Below the pieces are notes generated by a model. The model was given only the letters and a program-made list of their open reading frames with translations. It searched no databases and had not been told where the DNA came from. From an uncultured Myxococcales bacterium (GTDB lineage Bacteria; Myxococcota_A; Polyangia; Palsa-1104; JAEUJZ01), in contig CAZVMD010000006.1 in assembly GCA_964628555.1 (NCBI GenBank), forward strand, positions 1,267 through 65,266: a stretch of DNA of 64,000 bases. The letters run 5' to 3'. This document shows, one piece after another, positions 18,506-28,331 of this stretch (position 1 is its first letter; every line of letters starts with the position of its first letter). The position numbers were made by a program, and so were the translations under genes.

Positions 18506-19567
18506 CTAGGTCAGGTAGCCACGGCGCTGCTGATCCCGCTCGATCGAGCGGAACAGGGCGCCAAAGTTGCCTTCGCCAAAGGACAGGTGGTTGCGACGCT
18601 GGATCAGCTCGATGAAGATCGGGCCGATGAGGTTCTTGGTGAAGATCTGCAGCAGGTAGCCCTGGTCATCGCCATCGACCAGGACGTTGCGCTGCTGGAT
18701 CTCGGCGTGGTCTTCGCGCACGTTGGGGACGCGCTGAAACACCTCGCGATAGTAGTCGTCATCGATGTCGAGAAACTGCACCGGCGTTCCCTCTAGGCCG
18801 CGCAGCGAGGCCAAGATGTCGTCGGTCAGGAAGGCCAGGTGCTGTATGCCGGGGCCCTTGTACTCTTCGAGGTACTCGTTGATCTGGCTGCCCTTCTCGG
18901 TGCCTTCGTTGATCGGGATACAGAACGAGCCATCGGGCGAGCGCAGCGCGTAGGACGTCAGGCCGGTCTTTACGCCACGGATGTCGAAGTAGCGCACCTC
19001 GCGGAAGCCGAAGACATCGCGGTAAAAGCCGCCCCACTTTAGGAGCTCGCCGCGCGGCACGTTGTTCGTCAGATGATCCATCTGAGTGAAGCCCTTGTCG
19101 GCCACCCGATCCGGCTCGGCTAGCTCGACAAAGCCCAGCTGCGGCCAGGTGTCGCGCCCATCGACGAAATAGATCAGCGAGTCGCCGATGCCGCGCACCG
19201 CTGGCAGCCGGCGGCCATCGGCTCGTAGCAGATCGCCCTGGCCCGCCTGTGCACCGCGCGACACGGCGACGCTGGCCGCTTGCTCGGCATCGGCGGCCCG
19301 CCAGCCCATCGCAGCGATGCAGGGGCCGTGCAGCGTCGCAAACTCGGCGGAAAAGCCGTCTTTGCTGCGGTCCAAGAGCAGATAGATCTGCCCCTGCTCG
19401 TACAAGTCGATGGCCAGGGCTGCGTGGCGGCGCGTGCGCGAGAAGCCAAAGGCCAGAAACAGCTGGTGCAGCGCGTCGGGGTTGGGCGAGGCAAACACGG
19501 CAAAGGCAAAGCCGCGCAGCGCGCAGGGATTGTCAGGGGTGGGCACGGTCTGTGGCGTCGAGTTCAT
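18506..19567 (-). CDS. hppD: 4-hydroxyphenylpyruvate dioxygenase
   Basis: 353 aa from the ATG at 19567. The C-terminal module ...GIQHLAF...LLQIFTKNLIGPIFIELIQR...GEGNFGALFRSIE is typical of HPPD. Confidence 0.85.
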   Translation of the reverse strand: MNSTPQTVPTPDNPCALRGFAFAVFASPNPDALHQLFLAFGFSRTRRHAALAIDLYEQGQIYLLLDRSKDGFSAEFATLHGPCIAAMGWRAADAEQAASVAVSRGAQAGQGDLLRADGRRLPAVRGIGDSLIYFVDGRDTWPQLGFVELAEPDRVADKGFTQMDHLTNNVPRGELLKWGGFYRDVFGFREVRYFDIRGVKTGLTSYALRSPDGSFCIPINEGTEKGSQINEYLEEYKGPGIQHLAFLTDDILASLRGLEGTPVQFLDIDDDYYREVFQRVPNVREDHAEIQQRNVLVDGDDQGYLLQIFTKNLIGPIFIELIQRRNHLSFGEGNFGALFRSIERDQQRRGYLT

Positions 19568-19631
19568 GCGCTTAGTCCAGGGGTCGGGGGCAAGGAGCTG
19601 CGATCGGGGGTCGAAGGTCCGCACCGGCAGC

Positions 19632-20759
19632 TTAGCGGCTCTCTGCCGCTTGCCAGCTCTTCCAATAGTCGGCGATCTCAAGGCTTGCTGCCGTCTGACA
19701 GATGGCAAGCGGCCGCCGCGTATCGACCATCACCGCGACTTCTTCGGTGCGCTGCGCGCTGGGGGTGCGCTGGGCAGCGCGACGCTGGGGTCCGTGATGG
19801 ATGCCCTGCGGGTGGAAGGTCAGCATGCCCGGCTTGATCCCGTCGCGGCTGAAGAATTCGCCGGCGTGATAGAACAGCACCTCATCGAAGTCGATGTTCG
19901 AGTGATAAAACGGCACCTTCAGCGCGGCCGGGTCGCCGTTTTCCAGCGGGCGCGGCGCGAAGGTGCAGATGGCGACGTTGTGGGCGATGAACGTCGTATG
20001 GGCCGACGGTGGCAGGTGATAGCGATCCGACAGCACCGGTCGAATATCGCGCACGTTGAGCTGCAGCACCGACAGCGTGCCCTTCCAGCCCACGACATCC
20101 AGCGGGTCGTGCGGATAGAAGACCGAAGTCAGCTCGCCCTGGCGCTTGATCACCACGCGCCACTCGTGCGGCCGACAGCCGGCCAGGCCAGCCGGAAGCG
20201 GCGTGCGCTCCTCGGGGGAGGGGACCCGCAAGAGCGCCGGATCGAACAGCGCGTGCTGACCCAGCATGCCGCGCTCGGGCAGACCGAGCTCGCCCGTCGT
20301 CTCAACTACTAGGAGCTGAGTCGGCGTGCTGGGCGCCAAGCGATACAGCGTGCCGCGCGGAATCAAAAGATAGTCCCCGGCTTCGTACGTCAGCGAGCCG
20401 AAGTCGGTGGCCAGCCGACCGCTGCCGACGTGCACGAACAGCAGCTCATCGCCGTCGGCGTTGCGGAACAGGTAGGGCATCGGCTGGCTCAGCGTCACAT
20501 AGGACAGACGACAGTCGCCGTTGTGCAGCAGATCGACGCGGCTCTGCAGATAGTCGGGACCGTCGGCGGTCTTGAGGTCATAAAGCCGCGGCCGCAGCGG
20601 GCCTTCGATGCGCGTCCAGGCGACCGGCGGATGCTCACGATACAGGTGGGCATAGCGGCCAAAGAAGCCGTTGCGGGCGTACTCCTCTTCAACGGTGCCG
20701 GCCGGCAAGCCGACGTGCGCCTGGCTGGCGACGCGACCACGAATGTAGGGAATCGACAT
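19632..20759 (-). CDS. hmgA: Homogentisate 1,2-dioxygenase
   Basis: 375 aa with cupin-like segments. Adjacent to hppD on the same strand. The composition and length fit HmgA. Confidence 0.75.
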   Translation of the reverse strand: MSIPYIRGRVASQAHVGLPAGTVEEEYARNGFFGRYAHLYREHPPVAWTRIEGPLRPRLYDLKTADGPDYLQSRVDLLHNGDCRLSYVTLSQPMPYLFRNADGDELLFVHVGSGRLATDFGSLTYEAGDYLLIPRGTLYRLAPSTPTQLLVVETTGELGLPERGMLGQHALFDPALLRVPSPEERTPLPAGLAGCRPHEWRVVIKRQGELTSVFYPHDPLDVVGWKGTLSVLQLNVRDIRPVLSDRYHLPPSAHTTFIAHNVAICTFAPRPLENGDPAALKVPFYHSNIDFDEVLFYHAGEFFSRDGIKPGMLTFHPQGIHHGPQRRAAQRTPSAQRTEEVAVMVDTRRPLAICQTAASLEIADYWKSWQAAESR

Positions 20760-20825
20760 GGCTCCAGGATGGCGGTTTTACATGCGCGAAAAAACTGCGA
20801 TGTTTCGTGCATCATAGTCTAAGAA

Positions 20826-21725
20826 ATGCACAAAGAATCGCCGCCAAACCCGGCCCCGATCACCCTCGAACAGGCCCGCGCGCTCGACGCGCTGGAGCGC
20901 AGCGGAACCTTCGCTGGGGCAGCGGCGGTCCTGGGGCGTGGACACAGCTCGGTGCTGTACTTGCTGCGTACGCTGGAGGAAAGCCTGGGCTTTCCCCTGC
21001 TCGATCGCTCGCAGTACCGCACCCAGCTCAATGCGCGCGGGCAGCGCGTCCTTGAGAGCTGCCGCTTGCTGCTGCAGGCCGAGGCGGGGCTGGCCGCGAC
21101 GGTGCAAGAGCTGCGGGCGGGCTGGGAGCCCAAGCTGGCCGTGGTCTTCGATGGCATCGTGCCCGTCGAGCCGCTCTTGCGGGCAGTCGGTCGCTTGATC
21201 CGCGACAAGGTGCCGACCCGCATCGATGTCCGCGCCGAATTCCTGGGCGGCGTCGAAGAGGCCTTCGAGCGCACGGCAGCTGACCTGATGATCGCCGTCC
21301 TGCCACCGCGCAGCTCCGGTCTGCGCAGCGTGGCGCTGGCGCCGCTGCCCGCCTCGCTGGTGGCGCGGGCTGACCACCCGCTGGCGCGCGGCCAGCACGA
21401 CGAGCGCTCGCTGGATGCCCACCTGCTCCTGACCGTGCGCGGCTCGGACCCGCGGCTGCAGCTGTCGACCGCCGGCATTGAGGCCCACTCAACGGTGCAT
21501 CTGAACGACTTTGCTTCGAAGCGCGGGGCGATCTTGGCGGGCATCGGCTACGGCTGGATGCCCGATGCGCTGATCGACTCAGAGCTACGGCGCAAGAAGC
21601 TGCGGCGCATCCGCTGGACTCGGCCCTCGCGGCATGTCTTCCATCCTCGGCTCTATCACCGCGGGCAGCCGGGTCCGGCGACGCGACAGCTGATCGCGGC
21701 CCTGACTCAGGCTGCGGAGGTCTGA
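20826..21725 (+). CDS. LysR-family transcriptional regulator, divergent from hmgA-hppD
   Basis: N-terminal HTH ITLEQARALDALERSGTFAGAAAVLGRGHSSVLYLLRTLEESLGFPLL. LysR substrate-binding domain. ~300 aa. Confidence 0.85.
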   Translation: MHKESPPNPAPITLEQARALDALERSGTFAGAAAVLGRGHSSVLYLLRTLEESLGFPLLDRSQYRTQLNARGQRVLESCRLLLQAEAGLAATVQELRAGWEPKLAVVFDGIVPVEPLLRAVGRLIRDKVPTRIDVRAEFLGGVEEAFERTAADLMIAVLPPRSSGLRSVALAPLPASLVARADHPLARGQHDERSLDAHLLLTVRGSDPRLQLSTAGIEAHSTVHLNDFASKRGAILAGIGYGWMPDALIDSELRRKKLRRIRWTRPSRHVFHPRLYHRGQPGPATRQLIAALTQAAEV

Positions 21726-21914
21726 GCTCCATGACGGTCGCGCTGTGGCTCCAGCGGCCGAGTACACGGCGAGAAGCACGCGCACCCTTGCGTCGGGGTG
21801 TACAAGCCCCGGGCGGCTCTGCGAAAATGGCGGCGGCTGTTTCACTGGCGCTAACCTCGCGTCGGCGCAACGCTTTTTGACCTGCCCCCCTCTGCCTAGG
21901 CAAACGAGGCCACC

Positions 21915-23687
21915 TTGTCTGAATCGCCCCGCGCTCCGTCCGACCCCAGCCTGTCTTCGGCTGGGCCCGACACCGCTGCAGCCGCTGCTGTCCCAGCCGA
22001 GGGTCGGCCGGTCGCGCTGTCTGCCGAGGATCAGTCCGACGCTGAGCTCGGCCCGCCCAGCCCAGCCGGAGCCGCTCGCTTCCGGCGCCGACCGCTGCAG
22101 ATTCCGCTCTTGTTTCTGTCGGTGTTCATCATCGCCACCTGCGGCCTGGGCTATGAGCTGATCGCTGGCACCGTCGCGAGCTACCTGCTTGGCGACTCGG
22201 TGACGCAGTTTTCGACGGCCATCGGGCTTTACATGTTTGCGCTGGGCATCGGCGCCTACCTGTCGCGCTTCTTTGACCGCGAAGAAGAGCTGACCACGCG
22301 CTTCATCGACATCGAGCTAGCCGTGGCCCTGCTCGGCGGCTTTGCCGCGGCGATTCTGATGCTGACCTTTGCCCATGCCGCCTGGTTCCGCCCCGTTCTG
22401 TACAGCATCATCGTCGCCACCGGCACGCTGGTCGGTCTAGAGGTCCCGCTGCTCCTGCGCATCTTGAAGAACCGCATGGAGTTCAAAGAGCTAGTAGCGC
22501 GCGTCTTGACCGTCGATTACATCGGCAGCCTGGCCGCCTCGCTGCTGTTCCCGCTGCTCCTGGTGCCGCGGCTGGGGCTGGTTCGCACCTCGCTGCTCTT
22601 TGGCTTGCTCAACGCCGCGGTCGGTCTGTGGAGCACGTTCCTGCTGCGCCAGAGCCTGCGGCGGGTGGTCGCGCTGCGCCTGCGCTGCGTCGTGGTGCTG
22701 CTGGCCCTGCTGGCCGGCTTTGCCTTCGCCGATCACATCACCTCGCTGGCCGAGGATGGGCTGTATGCCGACGACGTCATCCTGTCGCGCAACTCGCCCT
22801 ACCAGCGCATCGTCATCACCCGCGGCAAGGCCAGCTTCCAGCTGTTTCTCAACGGCAACCTGCAGTTCTCGTCGGCTGATGAGTATCGCTATCACGAAGC
22901 GCTGGTGCATCCGGTGATGGCGCAGGCCAGCCGCAGTCTGGGACACGTGCCGCGGCGCGCCCTGATCCTCGGCGGCGGCGATGGGCTGGCCGCTCGCGAG
23001 CTCCTGCGCTACGAAGCCATCGACGAGATCACCATGGTCGATCTCGACCCGGTAATGACCGACCTGGCGAGCAAGTTTCCGCTGCTCAAAGAGCAGAATG
23101 GCGGCTCGCTGACCTCGCCCAAGCTGCACCTGCACAACGCCGATGCAATGCAGTGGCTGGAGGCGCACGCGCGCAGTCGCGACCCGCGGCGCTGGGATGT
23201 GGCGATTGTCGACTTCCCCGATCCCAGCTCGTTTGCCGTCGGCAAGTTGTACACCACGCACTTCTATCACCTGCTGCGGGCGGCCTTGATGCCGGCCGGC
23301 GCGGCGGTGGTGCAATCGACCTCGCCGCTGTTCGCGCGGCGATCGTTTTGGTGCATCGTGCGCACGCTGGAAGCGGGCGGCTTTGCTGCGCATCCCTATC
23401 ACGCCTTCGTGCCCTCGTTCGGCGAGTGGGGATATGTCCTGGCCCTGCCCCAGCCGACTGGGATTTCTACGGGGGAAGCGAAGCCGGTGTTCGATCCGCT
23501 TCCGACGGTGCTACCGCCGGGTCTGCGGTACGTGGATGCCGCAGTGCTGCCCGCGCTGTTCGTGCTTAGCCCGGATATGCAGCGCCCGCTGAGCGAGCCC
23601 GGGGAGGAGCAGGAGCTGCTGCCCAATCGCCTGAACAACCAGATCCTGGTTGCCTACTACGAGCGCGAGTGGAAGCGGTGGAACTGA
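21915..23687 (+). CDS. Membrane-anchored polyamine aminopropyltransferase (spermidine synthase-like) with an N-terminal multi-TM domain
   Basis: C-terminal SpeE core LILGGGDGLAARELLRYEAIDEITMVDLDP... and VDFPDPSSFAVGKLYTTHFY. N-terminal ~250 aa are hydrophobic helices. The start is uncertain: TTG at 21915, with no in-frame ATG before the TM region. Confidence 0.75.
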   Translation: MSESPRAPSDPSLSSAGPDTAAAAAVPAEGRPVALSAEDQSDAELGPPSPAGAARFRRRPLQIPLLFLSVFIIATCGLGYELIAGTVASYLLGDSVTQFSTAIGLYMFALGIGAYLSRFFDREEELTTRFIDIELAVALLGGFAAAILMLTFAHAAWFRPVLYSIIVATGTLVGLEVPLLLRILKNRMEFKELVARVLTVDYIGSLAASLLFPLLLVPRLGLVRTSLLFGLLNAAVGLWSTFLLRQSLRRVVALRLRCVVVLLALLAGFAFADHITSLAEDGLYADDVILSRNSPYQRIVITRGKASFQLFLNGNLQFSSADEYRYHEALVHPVMAQASRSLGHVPRRALILGGGDGLAARELLRYEAIDEITMVDLDPVMTDLASKFPLLKEQNGGSLTSPKLHLHNADAMQWLEAHARSRDPRRWDVAIVDFPDPSSFAVGKLYTTHFYHLLRAALMPAGAAVVQSTSPLFARRSFWCIVRTLEAGGFAAHPYHAFVPSFGEWGYVLALPQPTGISTGEAKPVFDPLPTVLPPGLRYVDAAVLPALFVLSPDMQRPLSEPGEEQELLPNRLNNQILVAYYEREWKRWN

Positions 23688-25471
23688 TGGCCAGCCCGCT
23701 GCGCCGCCGCGAATTCTTGCTGGCCAGCCTGGCCGGGCTGGGCGCCGGCTGCTCGTTGCAGATCTTCGATCAGCGGCCGCAGATCGAAAAGATCACCGGA
23801 CAGATCGTCGGGCCGAGCGAGCTGCGCGGCCACTTTCTGCGCGATGGCGGCGCGGTGCTGCGCAGTCGGCGCATTGCCGAGCAGCACCACGTCGATGTCG
23901 CCATCCTTGGCGGCGGCGTGGCTGGACTGTCGGCGGGCTGGCGCTTGGCGCGGGCCGGTGTGCAGGACTTCCGCCTGCTGGAGCTCGAAGACGAGGTCGG
24001 TGGCACCTCGCGGGCCGGCGGCAATCGCGTCAGCGGCTATCCCTGGGGGGCGCACTATCTGCCCGTGCCCTCGCGCAACCTCGACGCGCTGTGCGAGCTC
24101 CTGCGCGAGCTTGAGATCCTGCGCGGCTTCGATGCGGCCGGTCGCGCCATCTGTCGCGAAGAGACGCTGTGCCGGTCGCCGCAGGAGCGCGTGTTCTACA
24201 AGGGCCGCTGGTACGAGGGCCTGTATCTGCGGGTGGCCGCCTCGGCCGAGGATCAGCGCCAGTTCGAGCGCTTTCACGACGAAGTGGCGCGCTGGGTGGC
24301 GACACGAGCCAGCGACGGGCGACGTGCCTTCACGCTGCCGCGCGCGAGCTCGGCACCGCAGGCCGCCGCGGAGCTCGATCGGCTGACCATGGCGGCCTTT
24401 CTCGATCAGCTGGGACTGTCGTCGTGGCGGCTGCGCTGGTACGTCGATTACGCCTGCCGCGATGACTTTGGGCTGCGGGCCAGCCAGTGCTCGGCCTGGG
24501 CGGGCATGCACTACTTTGCCGCGCGCCTGCTGCACGCCGATGACAGCCCACCTGAAGTGCTGACCTGGCCCGAGGGCAATGGCTATCTAGTCGGGCGCTT
24601 GTCGCGCTACCTCGATGCTGCTGCGCCGACGGCGCCAACGCGGCGGGTGCGACCGCAGAGCCTGGTCGTCGATGTGCGCAGCCTGCCGCAGGAGGGGCCG
24701 GGCAGCGATCGCGTCGAGATCCTGTACCTGGATCTGTCGCGTGAGCCGGATCCGGCGCGGGCGCCGCTGTGTGCGCTGCGGGCCCGTCGCGCCATCGTCG
24801 CGCTGCCGGCCTTCCTGCGCCGGACGCTGCTGGCTGACTATCGCGAGCGGCCGGGGAACCTGCCGGCCTGGCTGGGGCAGTTCAGCTACGCGCCGTGGCT
24901 GGTCGCCAACCTGACGCTGCGCCGGGCCCATGCCGCACCGGTGGCGGCGGCGCCGGTGCCGGCCCATGCGCGGGGCGGTGGCTTCCCGCCGGCCTGGGAC
25001 AACGTGCTTGTCGAGAGCCCATCGCTCGGCTACGTGGTGGCAACGCATCAGCGCGAGCCCAAGCTCCTGTCCGCTGTCGAAGGAGGCGATGGCCTGCCGC
25101 GCACCGTGTGGACCTATTACCTGCCGCTGTGCGACGGGGATCCGCGCGACGAGCGAGGACGCCTGCAGGCCCTCAGCTGGGGGCAGGCGCGCGATCGCGT
25201 GCTCGCCGACTTGGCCCGCGCCGAGCCCGAGCTGATCCGCGACTGCGAGCACATCGATGTCTTTCGCTGGGGACACGGCATGGTGCGGCCGCTGCCGGGG
25301 CTGCTGACTGGTGCCGCGCTGGCCGAGGCGGCGCAGCCGCTGGGGGGGCTGCACTTTGCGCACAGCGATCTGTCGGGGATGGCGCTGTTCGAAGAGGCGC
25401 ATCATGCCGGTGTGCGTGCCGCCGAAGAGGTCCTACGTGCGCTCGACGCCAACTTTGAACCTTGGGCGTGA
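23687..25471 (+). CDS. FAD-dependent amine oxidase-like oxidoreductase with a Tat-type signal
   Basis: ATG overlaps the upstream stop (TGATG). Twin-arginine motif RRREFLLASLAGLGAG. FAD dinucleotide fold VAILGGGVAGLSAGWRLARAG. Confidence 0.7.
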   Translation: MASPLRRREFLLASLAGLGAGCSLQIFDQRPQIEKITGQIVGPSELRGHFLRDGGAVLRSRRIAEQHHVDVAILGGGVAGLSAGWRLARAGVQDFRLLELEDEVGGTSRAGGNRVSGYPWGAHYLPVPSRNLDALCELLRELEILRGFDAAGRAICREETLCRSPQERVFYKGRWYEGLYLRVAASAEDQRQFERFHDEVARWVATRASDGRRAFTLPRASSAPQAAAELDRLTMAAFLDQLGLSSWRLRWYVDYACRDDFGLRASQCSAWAGMHYFAARLLHADDSPPEVLTWPEGNGYLVGRLSRYLDAAAPTAPTRRVRPQSLVVDVRSLPQEGPGSDRVEILYLDLSREPDPARAPLCALRARRAIVALPAFLRRTLLADYRERPGNLPAWLGQFSYAPWLVANLTLRRAHAAPVAAAPVPAHARGGGFPPAWDNVLVESPSLGYVVATHQREPKLLSAVEGGDGLPRTVWTYYLPLCDGDPRDERGRLQALSWGQARDRVLADLARAEPELIRDCEHIDVFRWGHGMVRPLPGLLTGAALAEAAQPLGGLHFAHSDLSGMALFEEAHHAGVRAAEEVLRALDANFEPWA

Positions 25472-25485
25472 TACTGTGCCCGGCC

Positions 25486-27027
25486 ATGTCTACCCGAGAT
25501 CCGCTTCCGACGGCCAGCCGCTCCGCGCCAGCCTCGGCCTTGTCGCATGAGTCGGTAGCTGACCGCCCAGCCAGCCTGCGCACTGAAGCGCAGGTCAGCG
25601 GCTACGCAACGACGATCGATCTGCCGCGCGTGCGCCTGCTGGTCATTGAGGGACCGGATCAGGGCCAGCACTGTGACAGTGATGACGAGCTCTTGCTGCG
25701 GGTCGGCACGCGGGAAAACAACCAGCTCATCCTCGGCGACAAGAGTGTAAGTGGCTATCACCTGGAGATCGCTCGCTCGGCGGGGGGCAGCACCGGTGCG
25801 GCCAGCTCCGGCTGGCGGCTGCGCGATCTTGGCAGCACCAACGGCACATTTGTCGGCGGCTTGCGCGTCTACGACTTGCAGGTGCGCTCGGGCACGGTGA
25901 TCAGCATTGGCCGCAGCAAGCTGCGACTCGAAGCGCTCGACGATGATCCGGTGCGGGCGGCGCTGCACCCGGCCGGGCGCTTTGGCGACATGGTGGGGCA
26001 CTCGGTGGCGATGCGGCGGCTGTTTTCACGCATCACGCAGGTCGCTGCTTCGACCGCCACGGTGCTGATCACCGGCGAGACGGGGACCGGCAAAGAAGCG
26101 GTGGCCGAGGCGCTGGTGCAGGCTGGCCCGCGCGCCAGCGCTCCGTTTGTGGTCATCGACTGCTCGGCGCTGCCCGCCAACTTGATCGAGAGCGAGCTGT
26201 TCGGCCACGTCAAAGGCAGCTTCACCGGCGCCCACAGCGACTATCGCGGCGCCTTTGAGCGGGCCGATGGCGGGACGGTATTTCTCGACGAGATCGGCGA
26301 GCTGCCGCTGGATCTGCAGCCCAAGCTGCTGCGCGTGCTCGAGCGGCGCGAGGTGCGGCGGGTCGGCTCGGAGCGCACGCGGCCGATCGATGTGCGCGTC
26401 GTGGCGGCGACCAATCGCGCGCTGGCCAGCGAAGTCAACGAGGGCCGCTTCCGCCAGGACCTGTACTTCCGTCTATCGGTGGTCAACCTGCACATTCCAC
26501 CCCTGCGCGAGCGAAGCCAGGACATCCCGCTTCTGATCGAGCACTTCTACAATCAGCTCTTGGCGCGCCACCCAGGCAAGCAGCGCGTACCGTCGCTGAG
26601 CGAGATCAGCGAGCGCCTGCTGGGCAGCAGTCAGGGGGCAGGTGGCGACTATGCCTGGCCGGGCAATGTGCGCGAGCTGCGCAATGCTGTCGAGCGCGCC
26701 TTTCACGTTCCCGATGAGGACCCGGTGGTGGCAGTGCCGCGCTCGGTCGATCTGCGCGAGGGGCCAGAGGGGCGGCGCAGCAGCGTCAGCTCGGGCAGTC
26801 CGCCTAGCGCCGGGGATGACAACCTGCTGCCGCCGTTCGTCATTGATCTGGCGGTGCCGTTTAAGACCGCCAAGCAGCAGCTGATCGACGGCTTCGAGAA
26901 GCGCTATCTGGCGGCGCTGCTAAAGGCTGCACGCGGCAACATCAGCGAAGCGGCGCGGCGGGCGCAGCTAGACCGCATGCACCTTTACAAGCTGATCACG
27001 CAGCACCGCCTGAATCAGCCGGAGTAG
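25486..27027 (+). CDS. Sigma-54-dependent transcriptional activator with an N-terminal FHA domain
   Basis: FHA core ([22 protein letters not shown]...GSTNGTFV). AAA+ sigma-54 interaction domain ([28 protein letters not shown], the region that carries the GAFTGA motif, RVVAATN). C-terminal Fis-type HTH. Confidence 0.9.
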   Translation: MSTRDPLPTASRSAPASALSHESVADRPASLRTEAQVSGYATTIDLPRVRLLVIEGPDQGQHCDSDDELLLRVGTRENNQLILGDKSVSGYHLEIARSAGGSTGAASSGWRLRDLGSTNGTFVGGLRVYDLQVRSGTVISIGRSKLRLEALDDDPVRAALHPAGRFGDMVGHSVAMRRLFSRITQVAASTATVLITGETGTGKEAVAEALVQAGPRASAPFVVIDCSALPANLIESELFGHVKGSFTGAHSDYRGAFERADGGTVFLDEIGELPLDLQPKLLRVLERREVRRVGSERTRPIDVRVVAATNRALASEVNEGRFRQDLYFRLSVVNLHIPPLRERSQDIPLLIEHFYNQLLARHPGKQRVPSLSEISERLLGSSQGAGGDYAWPGNVRELRNAVERAFHVPDEDPVVAVPRSVDLREGPEGRRSSVSSGSPPSAGDDNLLPPFVIDLAVPFKTAKQQLIDGFEKRYLAALLKAARGNISEAARRAQLDRMHLYKLITQHRLNQPE

Positions 27028-27039
27028 GCCCGGCGGCGT

Positions 27040-28287
27040 CTAGCGACGCAGCATCGGCAGGATGATGTGCTCGCCGAAGCGGCTGACGAGGAAGGTCATG
27101 GTGGGGAAGAGCAGGGCGCCGAACAGCCGCCCCAGGGCCCGCATCGGCAGCACCTCTTCGCTGGCGTCGCGCAGCAGATCGTGCAGCTCTTTTACGCGCT
27201 TGAATTCCTTGTACTGATCTTCGCTCAGCGCGACGGGGTTTTCTAAGAGCTCACTAAGCCTTTCCTGCAGCGGTCGCAGCTGGTTTTCTTTTGCGGCGTG
27301 GACAATCGCCTTGATGGCCAGCCGTGGGAGCAGCAGCGCAGCGAACGCCGAGACGTAGGCACTCGCCAGCAGCAGCAGCCCGACGCGGTTGAGAAAGATC
27401 GGTCGATCCTCGACGAGGATGACAAAGCCAATGATGATGCCGGTGGTGATCAGGCTGACCACGCCCACCAGCTGACTGGTGCCACGCAGCGAGCGGCGCA
27501 GCGCCACGGTATCGATCGGGCAGGGGCGATACAGCACGTACTGACAGCGCGGCAAGAGGCGCGACTGGATGGCCAGGACGACAACCGAGTAGACGATCTC
27601 GCCCACTTGATACATGAGCAGCATGGTCATCGTGGCCGTGCCCCAGGTCATCGGTCGCTCCTGGTAGTAGACCTCGATGTAATAGAGATAGACGTGGATG
27701 AGAAAGCTGAAGAGCGCGGCGATGGGCATGGCGCGCCGCAGACGAAACCAGCGCTTCTCAAACTCAAGCAGCCGACGAGCCCCGGCGAGGTCGACGATGT
27801 TGCGGTGCAGGGACAAAAAGACATCGATGGCATGGACCAGCGGCCCATGGCCCCACAGGCCCAGCACCGAGAAGCCGGCGATCACCAGCCCCCACTCGAC
27901 GACGGGGTTGTCGCGCCACTCGCCGAGCCAGAGACTGACCAGCGAGGGCAGCAGGGCAAACAGGATCATGTTGATGACAAATGCCGCCAGCTTGCCGAGC
28001 AGGGTCTGCGAGTCGAGCCGCAGTACGCGCAGGACAAAGAAGATGACGCGGTACAGAAAGACGTAGTTTTCGACGGCCCGGTGGTGATTGCAGAGCTCGC
28101 CGATGAGCCGAGCGACCTCGGGATCGGTCTGGCGATTTGAGGCCACGGGTGCGGCCTCGGTCGTGCGCTCGGCCTCATCTGGCTGCGCGATGGCTGCCGG
28201 GGCTGAGCTAGCGGCTGGGGGATAGTCGTTCACCCGTCCATCGTATCGCGAATGGGCCTGGCTCGTCGCCTGCCTGCTGGCCAGCAT
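27040..28287 (-). CDS. Hypothetical polytopic membrane protein (~415 aa)
   Basis: Multiple hydrophobic helices. The track ORF extends to 28845 but overlaps the start of the opposite-strand oxidoreductase; the ATG at 28287 is preferred. Confidence 0.5.
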   Translation of the reverse strand: MLASRQATSQAHSRYDGRVNDYPPAASSAPAAIAQPDEAERTTEAAPVASNRQTDPEVARLIGELCNHHRAVENYVFLYRVIFFVLRVLRLDSQTLLGKLAAFVINMILFALLPSLVSLWLGEWRDNPVVEWGLVIAGFSVLGLWGHGPLVHAIDVFLSLHRNIVDLAGARRLLEFEKRWFRLRRAMPIAALFSFLIHVYLYYIEVYYQERPMTWGTATMTMLLMYQVGEIVYSVVVLAIQSRLLPRCQYVLYRPCPIDTVALRRSLRGTSQLVGVVSLITTGIIIGFVILVEDRPIFLNRVGLLLLASAYVSAFAALLLPRLAIKAIVHAAKENQLRPLQERLSELLENPVALSEDQYKEFKRVKELHDLLRDASEEVLPMRALGRLFGALLFPTMTFLVSRFGEHIILPMLRR

Positions 28288-28331
28288 TGCCAGGCGGGCG
28301 CATGGTGTGCGAAACCGTCGCGACTCCCATG

